A DNA stretch of 37,520 bases from Deltaproteobacteria bacterium UBA796 (lineage in GTDB: Bacteria; Myxococcota_A; UBA796): NCBI GenBank assembly GCA_002296975.1, contig DBIS01000230.1:1-37520 (forward strand), read 5' to 3'. The notes beneath the pieces were generated by a model. That model saw only the letters and a program-made list of their open reading frames with translations. It made no database searches and was not told the DNA's origin. The position numbers and the translations under genes are program-made. This document shows, one piece after another, positions 8,783 through 18,204 of the stretch. Position 1 is the stretch's first letter; each line of letters opens with the position of its first letter.

Positions 8783-10111
8783 TCAAGGCTTATCAATGGC
8801 GCGTTGAGCACGTAGACGGATACGCTGAACTGGCTCGATTATGGTATCTGGAAGCGCCATTGAGATGGCCTGATCGCAAAGCGAGATCAATCGTGACCGG
8901 ACGGCGTCGAGCGCCGCATCTTTGTCGTTTACGTCGGGCCCACCGGCCATTCTAGAGATGGACATGAGTAGCGCAGGGGATTGCACCCTATTTCGCAGGA
9001 AAGCCAGGTTGGTGGGTTGGAGATTGAAGCCATTCAATGCGTCTGCCACTTGTGGGAGGCGCTTGGATAGTGATGGGTGCACCAAGGCGATCTCGAGGGT
9101 ATCCAAGGCTTGCTTTGTGGCGATCAATGTCCAGATCAACGCAGCTATTTCTGCATCGGCACCCCAAAGTTTTGCCCGCTGAAGGGTCGCTACCCGATCG
9201 AGGCCCTCACAGGGTGTGTCTGGACATGAGCCCTCCAGTCGCTGAGCGATGATCGCGACCATCGCTAGTCCCGTGGAGTCGTCTGCACCCGCATTTGTTT
9301 TGAGCGCGGCGTAGGCCAACTGAAGGGCCATGGCAGTCGGCGTTCCACCGTGTGTGTCTCGGCTAAGCTGTCGGGCAGATTGCATGGCGGTCTGCTCGGT
9401 ATTGGTATCCGCACCCACCCAGTTCAGAGCGTGGGCGCTTGCTCGCCAAAGGTGTGCTTTTCCTTCTTCGTGGGCGCCGGGTGTGCGTTCATGGTTTGAC
9501 CGGGCGACGATCAATGCCCCCATGGGCGTGTCTGCAAGTCCGGTGTAGGCCTCGCCCCCGAGGGCCTGGCCCACTTCGCTAAGGTCAATTTTTGGTCCAT
9601 CTAGCCAGCCACTCAACACCATTCGGGTGGCCATATGCCGAGCGTTCGCTACTTTCGTCTTTGGTTCCAAACCGGGTAGCCATGCACCCGGTGCGCTGGG
9701 TCGAACACCAATGGGTCGAACACCCACAGCGGTGAGCCCAAGGTAGGCTGACAGGCGTGCTTGTTGGGGGTGACCCCAGTCGCCATGGCTGCTTTCCACC
9801 CCGGCGAGCATGGCGCCTCGAGCCAGCGCGACGGCGATGGTGCCCCGGTTTTGGCTTTCAAGGGCCAGCCAATCCGATGGTTCTGGCCGGCTCAGTCTGG
9901 CCACCGAGGCCCAAGCGTTTAAAGCGGAGGACTCCTCCAGAGAGTCCCATGCCCCAGCGCCTCGGGAGTTTGGCCGTCGAACGAGAGGGTCAGAGGCCAG
10001 CAGGCTTTTTAGGCTTGGAGGCGCGTGCAAATCTTGAGGGGTATAGTCGACCCGTAAATGGGGTGGGACCTCCTTGTTGCAAGAGAAAATCAACAGGAAA
10101 AGCCACATCAT
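8783..10111 (-). CDS. Hypothetical lipoprotein, about 442 aa, apparently alpha-helical
   Basis: The track ORF was trimmed to ATGATG at 10106..10111, which overlaps the pyrD stop (ATGA). The N-terminus MMWLFLLIFSC has a lipobox. I recognise no family. Confidence 0.6.
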   Translation of the reverse strand: MMWLFLLIFSCNKEVPPHLRVDYTPQDLHAPPSLKSLLASDPLVRRPNSRGAGAWDSLEESSALNAWASVARLSRPEPSDWLALESQNRGTIAVALARGAMLAGVESSHGDWGHPQQARLSAYLGLTAVGVRPIGVRPSAPGAWLPGLEPKTKVANARHMATRMVLSGWLDGPKIDLSEVGQALGGEAYTGLADTPMGALIVARSNHERTPGAHEEGKAHLWRASAHALNWVGADTNTEQTAMQSARQLSRDTHGGTPTAMALQLAYAALKTNAGADDSTGLAMVAIIAQRLEGSCPDTPCEGLDRVATLQRAKLWGADAEIAALIWTLIATKQALDTLEIALVHPSLSKRLPQVADALNGFNLQPTNLAFLRNRVQSPALLMSISRMAGGPDVNDKDAALDAVRSRLISLCDQAISMALPDTIIEPVQRIRLRAQRAIDKP

Positions 10112-11145
10112 TCGGTCGGCTTGAGCCCATCGTTGATTTGGTGGATAAGTCCAGGGCCTTCGAAGATGAGCCCGGTGTAGAGTTGGACGGCTGCACATCC
10201 GGCATCCAACAGTTCTTGGGCTTGAGCAGCTGTGCGGATTCCCCCGGCTCCGATCACCGGAATCGCGCCGTTTGCTTCATCGAGGATTAACTGCAAACGG
10301 GCCCGGGAGAGCGGCCATAAGGGAGCCCCGGACATACCTCCGGTCTCATCCAAACGGCCAGTGGTCAAAGGACGGGAACATGTGGTGTTGGTGGCGATAA
10401 TTCCAGAGCAGCCCGAGGTGATGGCGACTTTAACGGCACCCGACAGGGCACTATCGTCGAGGTCTGGAGAAAATTTGACGAGCACCGGGAGTTCCTTGGC
10501 GGCTGCAACCACAGCGCTGAGCAGCGCATGCAGTGGCTCGGCCTCTTGGAGCTTTCGGAGACCTGGGGTGTTGGGTGAGCTCACATTTACAGTGAAGTAG
10601 TCGACCACTGGTGCGAGAACACGGACAGACTCTAGGTAGTCATCGATGGCATTTTCCAACGGGGTAATCTTCGACTTTCCAATATTCGCACCGACCGGAA
10701 TGTTCGGCCATCGACCAGCAGCGCGAATCGCAGCCAACCGCTCGGCCAAGGCGGCAGCACCTTCGTTGTTAAAGCCCATTCTGTTGATCAGGGCCCCTTC
10801 CGGCTTAAGCCGAAAAAGACGAGGCCCAGGGTTTCCTTCTTGAGCATGGCAGGTGACGGTGCCCATCTCGATGAAGCCAAAGCCGAGTGCTGGCCAAAAA
10901 GAGACCGCCTCTCCATCTTTGTCGAGTCCTGCGGCGAGTCCAACCGGGCCTGCCAGCCGAAGCCCTCCGACCATGATCGGTGAAAACCGCCGAGGCGGCC
11001 CTACGAGAATGCGAATGAAAAATCCGTGAAGCCGGGGTGCTGCCGAAAGGGTGGACATCACCAAGCGGTGGGCCCGCTCTGCGTTCAACATGAATAAAAA
11101 AGGACGGGTGAGCCGCCACATCAAAGACAGTAGGATTCGACGCAT
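10108..11145 (-). CDS. pyrD: Dihydroorotate dehydrogenase (quinone), class 2
   Basis: 345 aa with GLAAGLDKDG, GFIEMGTVT, NRMGFNN and NVSSPNTPGLR (catalytic Ser, class 2) motifs, plus an N-terminal amphipathic membrane-association segment. Confidence 0.95.
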   Translation of the reverse strand: MRRILLSLMWRLTRPFLFMLNAERAHRLVMSTLSAAPRLHGFFIRILVGPPRRFSPIMVGGLRLAGPVGLAAGLDKDGEAVSFWPALGFGFIEMGTVTCHAQEGNPGPRLFRLKPEGALINRMGFNNEGAAALAERLAAIRAAGRWPNIPVGANIGKSKITPLENAIDDYLESVRVLAPVVDYFTVNVSSPNTPGLRKLQEAEPLHALLSAVVAAAKELPVLVKFSPDLDDSALSGAVKVAITSGCSGIIATNTTCSRPLTTGRLDETGGMSGAPLWPLSRARLQLILDEANGAIPVIGAGGIRTAAQAQELLDAGCAAVQLYTGLIFEGPGLIHQINDGLKPTE

Positions 11146-11211
11146 AAGGCATACCTAGCACGGGGACCTATGATGGGGGTCGGCAGGGGGTGTCCATGAT
11201 ACGTTACTCCA

Positions 11212-11691
11212 ATGGCCATTCAGTTTTTACAGTTATTGCCCATGCTTTTTATGCTCGGGTGCTCCACCGCCATTGCCACTGGGCCTTTCGAGGGCTTGGC
11301 TGCCCCTGGGTTTCAAGCACCAACAATGGACGGCGGTAATTTTCGCCTCGAGCAAACCCAGGGCAAGCCAACGGTTTTGGTGTTTTGGGCCTCTTGGTGT
11401 GGCCCTTGCCGGAAAGAGGCGCCCGAGGTGGCTCGTATCGCCCACAGCTATGGGGCCGCTATCAATGTGGTCGGGGTTAATGCCGGGGAGACCCTCAGTG
11501 TTGCTCGCCGGGCTGCGGCCGAGATGGGGGTCACATGGCCGGTTGTGATGGATTCAGACGGAAAAATTCAGTCTCAATACAAGGTTACAGGCATCCCCTT
11601 GGTGTTGGTCCTCGACAAAGATGGTTTGGTGCGGCACCGAAATAACGGCGTCCCCACGGATATCCATCGTTTGCTCGATGGGCTGTCATGA
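11212..11691 (+). CDS. TlpA/ResA-like thiol:disulfide oxidoreductase lipoprotein (thioredoxin fold)
   Basis: 159 aa with lipobox MLGC, active site WASWCGPC and the cis-Pro region TGIPLVLVLDKDG. Confidence 0.85.
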   Translation: MAIQFLQLLPMLFMLGCSTAIATGPFEGLAAPGFQAPTMDGGNFRLEQTQGKPTVLVFWASWCGPCRKEAPEVARIAHSYGAAINVVGVNAGETLSVARRAAAEMGVTWPVVMDSDGKIQSQYKVTGIPLVLVLDKDGLVRHRNNGVPTDIHRLLDGLS

Positions 11692-11743
11692 TGGTGCAGT
11701 CAGTCTTAGCTTACCGTGTGGTTCAACAAGCAATGGTGCAGTC

Positions 11744-12667
11744 ATGAAGGTCTTGGTGACAGGCGGCGCAGGATTTATCGGCTCGCATTTGGTGCGCGCA
11801 TTGTTGGGCCGTTCAGATGTGGTGACGGTGCTCGACAATTTTGATGATGCATACGACCCGGCCATAAAATTGGCGAATATCGAGGGCTTGGACATCCGCT
11901 TGGTTCAGGGAGATGTTCGCGATCGGTCTGTGGTTGAATCGGCGCTAGCTGGGGTCGATGCCGTGGTCCACCTGGCCGCCTTGGCGGGGGTTCGTGAATC
12001 GCTTGAAGACCCTGCACGCTATGCGAGTGTCAACGTTGGCGGTACCGTGACTTTGCTAGAGGCTCTCCGCAGTCGGGGTGACATTCCTTTGGTGTTTGCG
12101 GGATCGAGCAGTGTATATGGAGAACGGCAGTCTGGGCCGTTTCGCGAGACAGATGCCCTCGGGTTTCCATCGAGCCCCTACGCTGGGAGCAAGCGCGCAG
12201 CGGAGTTGATGTGTCATGGTGCCCATCTAAGTTGGGGACAGGTTGTGACCATTTTGAGATTTTTTACGGTGTATGGGCCCCGGCAACGCCCGACAATGGC
12301 CATCTCTAAGTTCATCTCTATGGCCAAGTCTGGGCAGACCATTCCCTTGTTCGGCGGTGGACTCTCTCGCCGGGATTACACCTATGTCAGTGATGCAGTC
12401 TCATCGGTCTTGGCAGCCCTCGCAAAGCCCACGGGCTTTTCGCTCTTTAATGTTGGCGTGGGCGAGCCGGTGACCCTCAATGGCCTCGTGGATGCGATTT
12501 TCGAGGCCACAGACTGTACGGTACCGGTTGAGCGCTTCCCGGAACAGCCTGGTGATGTGTCGCTCACCTGGGCAGACCCTTCAGCAATAGAGGCGGCTTT
12601 GGGCTGGCGAGCTGAGGTGGGCCTTATTGCGGGCCTTGAGCGAACGGTTGCAGCGGGTGAAACCTAG
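11744..12667 (+). CDS. NAD-dependent epimerase/dehydratase (extended SDR, nucleotide-sugar epimerase-like)
   Basis: The track ORF was trimmed to the ATG at 11744. The protein starts MKVLVTGGAGFIGSHL and carries the YAGSK catalytic YxxxK motif. It is 307 aa. Confidence 0.85.
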   Translation: MKVLVTGGAGFIGSHLVRALLGRSDVVTVLDNFDDAYDPAIKLANIEGLDIRLVQGDVRDRSVVESALAGVDAVVHLAALAGVRESLEDPARYASVNVGGTVTLLEALRSRGDIPLVFAGSSSVYGERQSGPFRETDALGFPSSPYAGSKRAAELMCHGAHLSWGQVVTILRFFTVYGPRQRPTMAISKFISMAKSGQTIPLFGGGLSRRDYTYVSDAVSSVLAALAKPTGFSLFNVGVGEPVTLNGLVDAIFEATDCTVPVERFPEQPGDVSLTWADPSAIEAALGWRAEVGLIAGLERTVAAGET

Positions 12668-12673
12668 GCGCTG

Positions 12674-13237
12674 CTAAGCGACCAGCTTGGTGTTGCGCAC
12701 GAACTCTCGGAAATAATGCAGTCCGCTAAACAGGGAGCAAAAGGTCGCAATCCACAGCAGGATGATGCCGATGGAGTGGACATTCAATCCCATGAGTTCG
12801 TGGTGATACAGTAAAAATCCAATCGCAGCACCCAGGTAGGCGGTTTTCAATTTGCCCAATGAGCTGGCAGCGATGACCAGACCTTCTTGGCTTGCGATAC
12901 CACGCAATCCGGTGATCGCGATTTCTCTGCATAATAATAAGGCGACAATCCAAGCGGGAGCGCGGCCCAAGGGGACGAGCATCACCAAGACAGTAATCGT
13001 CATGAGCTTGTCGGCGAGTGGGTCCAAGAATGCACCGACTGGGCTGACCAAGTCCCACCGTCGTGCGAGCCAACCATCGACGATGTCGGTGATCATGGCG
13101 ATCACGAAGATGACCAGTGAGACCAGTGCCTCTTGTTTGGTCGGCTCTGTTAGCAACAGCCACACCATCACTGGGATCACAGCGATGCGTGCCACTGTCA
13201 GGATGTTTGGCAGGTTCCAGAATCCTTTACTCTTCAC
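12674..13237 (-). CDS. pgsA: CDP-diacylglycerol--glycerol-3-phosphate 3-phosphatidyltransferase
   Basis: 187 aa with NLPNILTxxR and the CDP-alcohol phosphatidyltransferase motif DxxDGxxAR..G..LDPxxDK. It has multiple TM helices. Confidence 0.9.
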   Translation of the reverse strand: MKSKGFWNLPNILTVARIAVIPVMVWLLLTEPTKQEALVSLVIFVIAMITDIVDGWLARRWDLVSPVGAFLDPLADKLMTITVLVMLVPLGRAPAWIVALLLCREIAITGLRGIASQEGLVIAASSLGKLKTAYLGAAIGFLLYHHELMGLNVHSIGIILLWIATFCSLFSGLHYFREFVRNTKLVA

Positions 13238-13887
13238 GGTCTCTCCGGCACATAGATGATGGGGCGCGTATTTTTGAAGTAACGCCGCAGGGCCAGCACG
13301 CGCTTTACATATGTTTGAGTCTCTGGAATATTGGGTACGGTCATGGTGCGCTTAACCCTGTTCGGACCTGCATTATAGCCCGCAAGCGCAAGGCGTAGAT
13401 CACCCTGAAAAATATTGAGCATTTTGGCAATATACCGTGTGCCGCCGTCAATACATTGGGCCGGGTCGAAGGGGTCAGTCACCCCGAGGTCTGCTGCTGT
13501 GGGGGGCATCAGTTGCATTAGGCCCTGGGCGCCTGAACGGGAGACGGCGTTTGGGTTCATACCGCTTTCGGCCAATACCACTGCCTTGATGAGCGAAGGC
13601 TCCACAGTGTAACGGTGCGCCGCTGCGGTGATCAGCCCATCAAAGGTGTCGAGCGAAGGGAAGGACTTCAGGTTGACCCTTCCAACTTTGGGTGGCGGAC
13701 CTTCGACATCAAAAATTGCGTATGCCACAGCACTGCTGGGTGAGTCTGTGAACGAAACCGAACCGTCGCTGTGCTCAGCACGCCAAACATCTCCTGCAAT
13801 GGCCATCGGTATCACAAAGAATATCCACATGACCTTCAGGTATGGAGGGGAAACAAATACTGCAAGACGAGATACAGACATTGGCAT
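13234..13887 (-). CDS. Lytic transglycosylase (SLT domain)
   Basis: Carries the SLT motifs ESGMNPNAVSRSGAQGLMQLMP and AGYNAGPNRV. The stop overlaps the pgsA start (ATGA). The start is uncertain: the ATG at 13887 overlaps the divergent nadB ATG, while the ATG at 13830 gives a signal-like N-terminus, MWIFFVIPMAIAG. Confidence 0.8.
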   Translation of the reverse strand: MPMSVSRLAVFVSPPYLKVMWIFFVIPMAIAGDVWRAEHSDGSVSFTDSPSSAVAYAIFDVEGPPPKVGRVNLKSFPSLDTFDGLITAAAHRYTVEPSLIKAVVLAESGMNPNAVSRSGAQGLMQLMPPTAADLGVTDPFDPAQCIDGGTRYIAKMLNIFQGDLRLALAGYNAGPNRVKRTMTVPNIPETQTYVKRVLALRRYFKNTRPIIYVPERP

Positions 13888-15487
13888 GAATCAAAGCACT
13901 GACACAGTTGTGGTCGGCTCTGGCATCGCCGGCTTGTTGTTCGCTTTGGAAATGGCCAAAGTCGGCTCCGTCCTCGTGATCACCAAGGTCGATCGGAGCG
14001 TGACCAATACTGTAAAGGCCCAGGGCGGGATCGCTGCTGCTTGGGCAGAGGGTGACTCCTGGGAGGAGCATGTTCAGGACACGCTCACAGCAGGTGTAGG
14101 ATTGTGTCGGCAGGCTGTTGTGGAGCAAGTGGCGTCAAAAGCGCGAGAAACCGTTCAGGGGCTCATTTCTTTGGGGTGCGCCTTTGATGAAACGGAAAAT
14201 GGCTACGACCTTCACCGAGAGGGCGGGCATTCTGCGCGTCGTATTTTGCACAGTAAGGACAGCACTGGTGCGGAGATTATGCGGGCTTTGCTGGTCCGTG
14301 TAGACGCCCATCCTGAGATTGAAATCAGGGAGCACACGATGGCTGTCGACCTGATTACCCAGGGCACCTTGGCGCGTCGGGCAGGGAGACTTCCCCCTTC
14401 TGACGACCGCGTCTTGGGCCTGTACGCACTCGATACGCAAAGTGAGATGGTTTTTGCTGTTCCGGCCAAGGTTGTGGCGTTGTGTACAGGGGGTGCGGGC
14501 AAGGTGTATTTGTATACATCCAACCCTGATATCGCCTCTGGGGATGGTGTGGCCATCGCCTGGCGAGCTGGTGCCACCGTGGCCAATATGGAGTTTGTCC
14601 AGTTTCACCCGACCTGCTTGTTTCATCCCCAGGCCCGCAGTTTTCTGATCAGTGAAGCGCTTCGCGGAGAGGGTGGGGTTTTGCGGAATGGGAGCGGCGA
14701 GGCTTTCATGGCTCGGTATGACCCCAGAAAGGAGCTTGCTCCCCGTGACATTGTCGCCCGTGCCATCGACGCCGAGATCAAGCGCACAGGCGAGGATTGT
14801 GCGTGGTTGGATATGCGCCATATGGACCGTTCGGCGATTGCACACCATTTTCCCACTATCGATGCCCGATGTTGTGCCTTGGGAATTGACATGGCGAAGG
14901 CGCTCATTCCCGTGGTGCCCGCTGCGCACTATTTTTGCGGTGGAGTCGTGACCGACATTCACGGTGAAACGGATATTGAAAACCTATTTGCCCTCGGTGA
15001 GGTCGCTTGCACAGGGTTGCATGGGGCCAATCGCTTGGCGAGCAATTCGCTGTTGGAGGGCGCGGTGTTTGCGAAAGCGGCAGCATTGGTGGCCCATGGT
15101 CGACTGGAGTCGATCGCGACACCACCCGGCCTCCCCACATGGGACTCTGGCGAAGCCAGTGAGCCAGACGAGCAGGTTGTTATCACCCAAATCTGGGATG
15201 AAGTACGTCGATTTATGTGGAATTACGTTGGTATCGTCAGAACGAATAGACGATTGTTGAGAGCCCGAAAGCGCATAGAGCTGGTTCAAGAGGAAATTCA
15301 GACCTATTATTGGGACTTTAAGCTGACCGGTGATCTGGTGGAACTAAGGAACTTGGCGACTGTTGCTGAGCTTGTGGTGGAATGTGCGCTCCGCCGCCGA
15401 GAGAGCCGAGGACTGCACCACAACACCAATTATCCGGAGTCAGATGCACGTTTGGCCCATGACACCATTCTGAAGCGACGGTGGTGA
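13886..15487 (+). CDS. nadB: L-aspartate oxidase
   Basis: The track ORF was trimmed to the ATG at 13886, giving MNQSTDTVVVGSGIAGL. It has succinate dehydrogenase/fumarate reductase-type flavoprotein motifs (HPTC.., GLHGANRLASNSLLE) and typical NadB length (533 aa). Confidence 0.92.
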   Translation: MNQSTDTVVVGSGIAGLLFALEMAKVGSVLVITKVDRSVTNTVKAQGGIAAAWAEGDSWEEHVQDTLTAGVGLCRQAVVEQVASKARETVQGLISLGCAFDETENGYDLHREGGHSARRILHSKDSTGAEIMRALLVRVDAHPEIEIREHTMAVDLITQGTLARRAGRLPPSDDRVLGLYALDTQSEMVFAVPAKVVALCTGGAGKVYLYTSNPDIASGDGVAIAWRAGATVANMEFVQFHPTCLFHPQARSFLISEALRGEGGVLRNGSGEAFMARYDPRKELAPRDIVARAIDAEIKRTGEDCAWLDMRHMDRSAIAHHFPTIDARCCALGIDMAKALIPVVPAAHYFCGGVVTDIHGETDIENLFALGEVACTGLHGANRLASNSLLEGAVFAKAAALVAHGRLESIATPPGLPTWDSGEASEPDEQVVITQIWDEVRRFMWNYVGIVRTNRRLLRARKRIELVQEEIQTYYWDFKLTGDLVELRNLATVAELVVECALRRRESRGLHHNTNYPESDARLAHDTILKRRW

Positions 15488-16852
15488 TCAGCCGCCGTAG
15501 GCACTCTCGAGTTCCAGGACGGTTTTTGGGATGGACCCGGTAAGTACTTCAGGCTTGTCATCGGTGACGAGCACATCATCCTCGATGCGAATTCCGCCAA
15601 AACCACGCCAGGCGGCTGCTCGCTCAAAGTCGACTGTTGATGAAAAGGTGGACCGAAACTCGGGCGCATCGAGGATTGCTGGGATCACATAAAATCCTGG
15701 CTCTACGGTGACGACCATTCCAGGCTCTAGGTCCAAGTCCAGGCGGAGATAGCCCAGGCCAAATTGCTCAGAGCGGACGCGGCCAGGCGCATAGGCCGCC
15801 TGGTCGCCAAAGTTTTCGAGGTCGTGAACGTCGAGGCCGATCAAGTGCCCAACACCGTGGGGGAAAAATAAGGCATGGGCTCCACATGCGACCGCGTCCT
15901 CTGGGCTGCACTTCACCAGTCCTTCATCAGCCAAGAACTGAGCCAACACGAGGGCACTTTCGATGTGAACATCTCGGTATCGGGTGCCAGATCGGACGAG
16001 AGCGATACCGCGTAACTGGGACTCCAGCACAGCTTCGTACGCTGCTTTTTGCCGGGGAGAAAATCGGCCTGATACTGGCCAGGTTCGGGTAACGTCGGTG
16101 GCATAGCCGGACTTCGACTCAGCACCGCCATCTAAGAGCAACAGTTGCCCATCTTGGAGGGTGTTGACGTAATTGAAGTTGTGTAAGACCTCTCCCCGAA
16201 CGGTGACGATGGAGGGGTAGGCCAGGCTGAGCCCTGCGCGCATAACCACATCATGAAAAGCGGCGGCGATGTGTTGCTCGTGTGCGCCGTGGTGAGTGGC
16301 AGCGATCGCAGCAAGGTGGGCTGCTCGTGTCACTTTGGCGGTGGAGCGCATCTCATCAACTTCTGAGGTGTCCAGGCGGCGACGCATGGCGATGATCGCA
16401 CTGATCAGGCCCTCGTGGCCATTTTTTGAACCGAATTCCAAGCTGGATTTGGAGAGTTGGCTCGCTTTTTGAGTTTGAGCGAGGTCCGGCACGGCGATCG
16501 TGGCGAGCCCGTTTAAGGCCTTTGCGTCTATTTCAAGTTGAGTGCTTGGTCGGACATTCGAAAACCCGAGCGCGGTGCCCAAGGCTTGGATGCTGTGGCT
16601 GGCCCCGTGCCAAAGCGCATCGTCGTGGCTCGGCTTCGGCAGGTATAGGACCGATTGGCCCTCGACGATCAACAGGGCGGCGCCCGGGTGAGTACAGCCT
16701 GTGAAATACAAAAAGCTGGAGTCTTGTCGAAAAGGCAGCGGCGACATGGGCAGATTGCGTGGACGGTGGCCATGGCCCATCAATAAAATGGGGGCATCCA
16801 GGGCCTGACTCAAGTGGGTCCGACGGCGGGCGTGAATGATGGGGTCGAGCAT
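15488..16852 (-). CDS. pepP: Xaa-Pro aminopeptidase (M24B, aminopeptidase P family)
   Basis: 454 aa with a pita-bread fold and metal ligands in DGGAES..GYATDVTRTWP, HGVGHLIGLDVHD, VVTVEPG and IRIEDD. Its stop codon abuts the nadB stop with zero spacing. Confidence 0.88.
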   Translation of the reverse strand: MLDPIIHARRRTHLSQALDAPILLMGHGHRPRNLPMSPLPFRQDSSFLYFTGCTHPGAALLIVEGQSVLYLPKPSHDDALWHGASHSIQALGTALGFSNVRPSTQLEIDAKALNGLATIAVPDLAQTQKASQLSKSSLEFGSKNGHEGLISAIIAMRRRLDTSEVDEMRSTAKVTRAAHLAAIAATHHGAHEQHIAAAFHDVVMRAGLSLAYPSIVTVRGEVLHNFNYVNTLQDGQLLLLDGGAESKSGYATDVTRTWPVSGRFSPRQKAAYEAVLESQLRGIALVRSGTRYRDVHIESALVLAQFLADEGLVKCSPEDAVACGAHALFFPHGVGHLIGLDVHDLENFGDQAAYAPGRVRSEQFGLGYLRLDLDLEPGMVVTVEPGFYVIPAILDAPEFRSTFSSTVDFERAAAWRGFGGIRIEDDVLVTDDKPEVLTGSIPKTVLELESAYGG

Positions 16853-16859
16853 GGTGGCC

Positions 16860-17393
16860 TCAAATAATATCGGCGCGGGTCACCAGGGCTTCCAGTGTGT
16901 AGCCCGCATTTTTAAACATCTCAGAGGCACCTTCGCACCGGTCGACGACGCAAAGAATCTGGACAACCTCCAGCCCCGCAGCCTCGACGGCCTTGATGGC
17001 CCTGAGCAAGCTGCCGCCGGTGGTGACAGTGTCCTCGATCATGGTGACTTTTGAGCCGTCGGGTAGGCCGAAGCGTCCCTCGACCTGGTTGCCAGCACCA
17101 TGGCCCTTGGGCTCTTTTCGGACCATAAACCCATGGAGAGGTCGGCCTTGGAGCCAGCTGTGTGTGATCACTGCGCCGGTAATTGGATCTGCTCCAGTGA
17201 CAGGGCCGCCGATGCCGACGGCCTGTGGGTGAAGATTCTCCAAGATTAGCTTGGCTAAAACTGTCGCCCCTTCCGGGCTGAGTGTGGTCTGCCTAGCATC
17301 AACATAGAGGTCGCTGGTTTTTCCGCTGGCCAAGGTGAAGGTGCCTGTTCGGACCGACCGTTTCTTGAGAATCTCTACCAGACGTTCTTTCAT
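16860..17393 (-). CDS. pyrE: Orotate phosphoribosyltransferase
   Basis: Contains FTLASGKTSDLYVD and the PRPP loop VTMIEDTVTTGGS. The start was set at the ATG overlapping the hydrolase stop (ATGA, 17390..17393). The track's alternative start is 17411. Confidence 0.92.
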   Translation of the reverse strand: MKERLVEILKKRSVRTGTFTLASGKTSDLYVDARQTTLSPEGATVLAKLILENLHPQAVGIGGPVTGADPITGAVITHSWLQGRPLHGFMVRKEPKGHGAGNQVEGRFGLPDGSKVTMIEDTVTTGGSLLRAIKAVEAAGLEVVQILCVVDRCEGASEMFKNAGYTLEALVTRADII

Positions 17394-18193
17394 GCGAGGG
17401 TGTCCATCCATTTGATCATGTCTTTAATGACCGTCTCCCCTTCAAGCTCGTTGAATATCTCGTGGTAAAGCTCGGGATAGCTGATGGTCTGCGCTTTTCC
17501 GCCCCAGTTGCGGGCCAAGGCAGCAGAGGCCTTCCAGTCGCAGATGGCATCGGCTTCACCCAAAAGCATCAACAAAGGAGTCGTGTACGCTGTGGCATGG
17601 TCAATCACGCGGGCCTGGGACTTCACCATTTCGGTGAACCACCTCGGGGTTATTGTTGAAAAAACCATGGGGTCTGCGAGGTATTTGTCGACCACTGGCT
17701 GGTGACGGCAAATCAGGCTGGGGTCGACCTCGTTGTCCAAGTTTAGTCCTGGGAGCACCTTGGAGAGCAACCTTGCCCCCAAGACTTTAAGGGCGGGGGC
17801 CTGGATCGCGACGGCCACGTTGGGATCGGAGAGCGCAAGGCCGCGGATACCATTGTCTAGCCCTTCGATCGCCACATCTAGGGCGACCAAGCCCCCCATG
17901 GAGTGACCGATGAGCACAAGCGGGCCATCGATGGTGGCGGCTGCGGCTCGGACATCCTCAAGGTACTGCCTCCAGCGGTCTACATGCCCGCGCTTGCCCT
18001 CAGATTGTCCATGCCCTCGAAGTTCGACCAAAGTCACAGCCCAGCCGGCGTGGTTGAGGGCCTCTACCACGTGTTCGTAGCGGCCGATATGCTCCGCTAA
18101 ACCATGAACGATAAGTGCCTGCTTGTCTCCTTCTCCGGATTTTCCGAGACGGAGTTTGGTGCCATCGGCAGAATGAATGGTGGTGGTGTTCAT
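17390..18193 (-). CDS. Alpha/beta hydrolase, lysophospholipase/monoacylglycerol-lipase-like (COG2267-type)
   Basis: 267 aa with HGLAEHIGRY, RGHGQSEG and the nucleophile elbow GHSMGG. It begins 11 nt downstream of the TRAP permease stop on the same strand. Confidence 0.8.
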   Translation of the reverse strand: MNTTTIHSADGTKLRLGKSGEGDKQALIVHGLAEHIGRYEHVVEALNHAGWAVTLVELRGHGQSEGKRGHVDRWRQYLEDVRAAAATIDGPLVLIGHSMGGLVALDVAIEGLDNGIRGLALSDPNVAVAIQAPALKVLGARLLSKVLPGLNLDNEVDPSLICRHQPVVDKYLADPMVFSTITPRWFTEMVKSQARVIDHATAYTTPLLMLLGEADAICDWKASAALARNWGGKAQTISYPELYHEIFNELEGETVIKDMIKWMDTLA

Positions 18194-18204
18194 GATTGCA
18201 TGTC

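Noticed and set aside
8620-8790. tRNA-Gly as an integration hotspot or genomic-island boundary.
   Set aside because: There is no integrase, transposase or phage gene, and no direct repeat of the tRNA 3' end nearby. The flanking genes are ordinary chromosomal genes.
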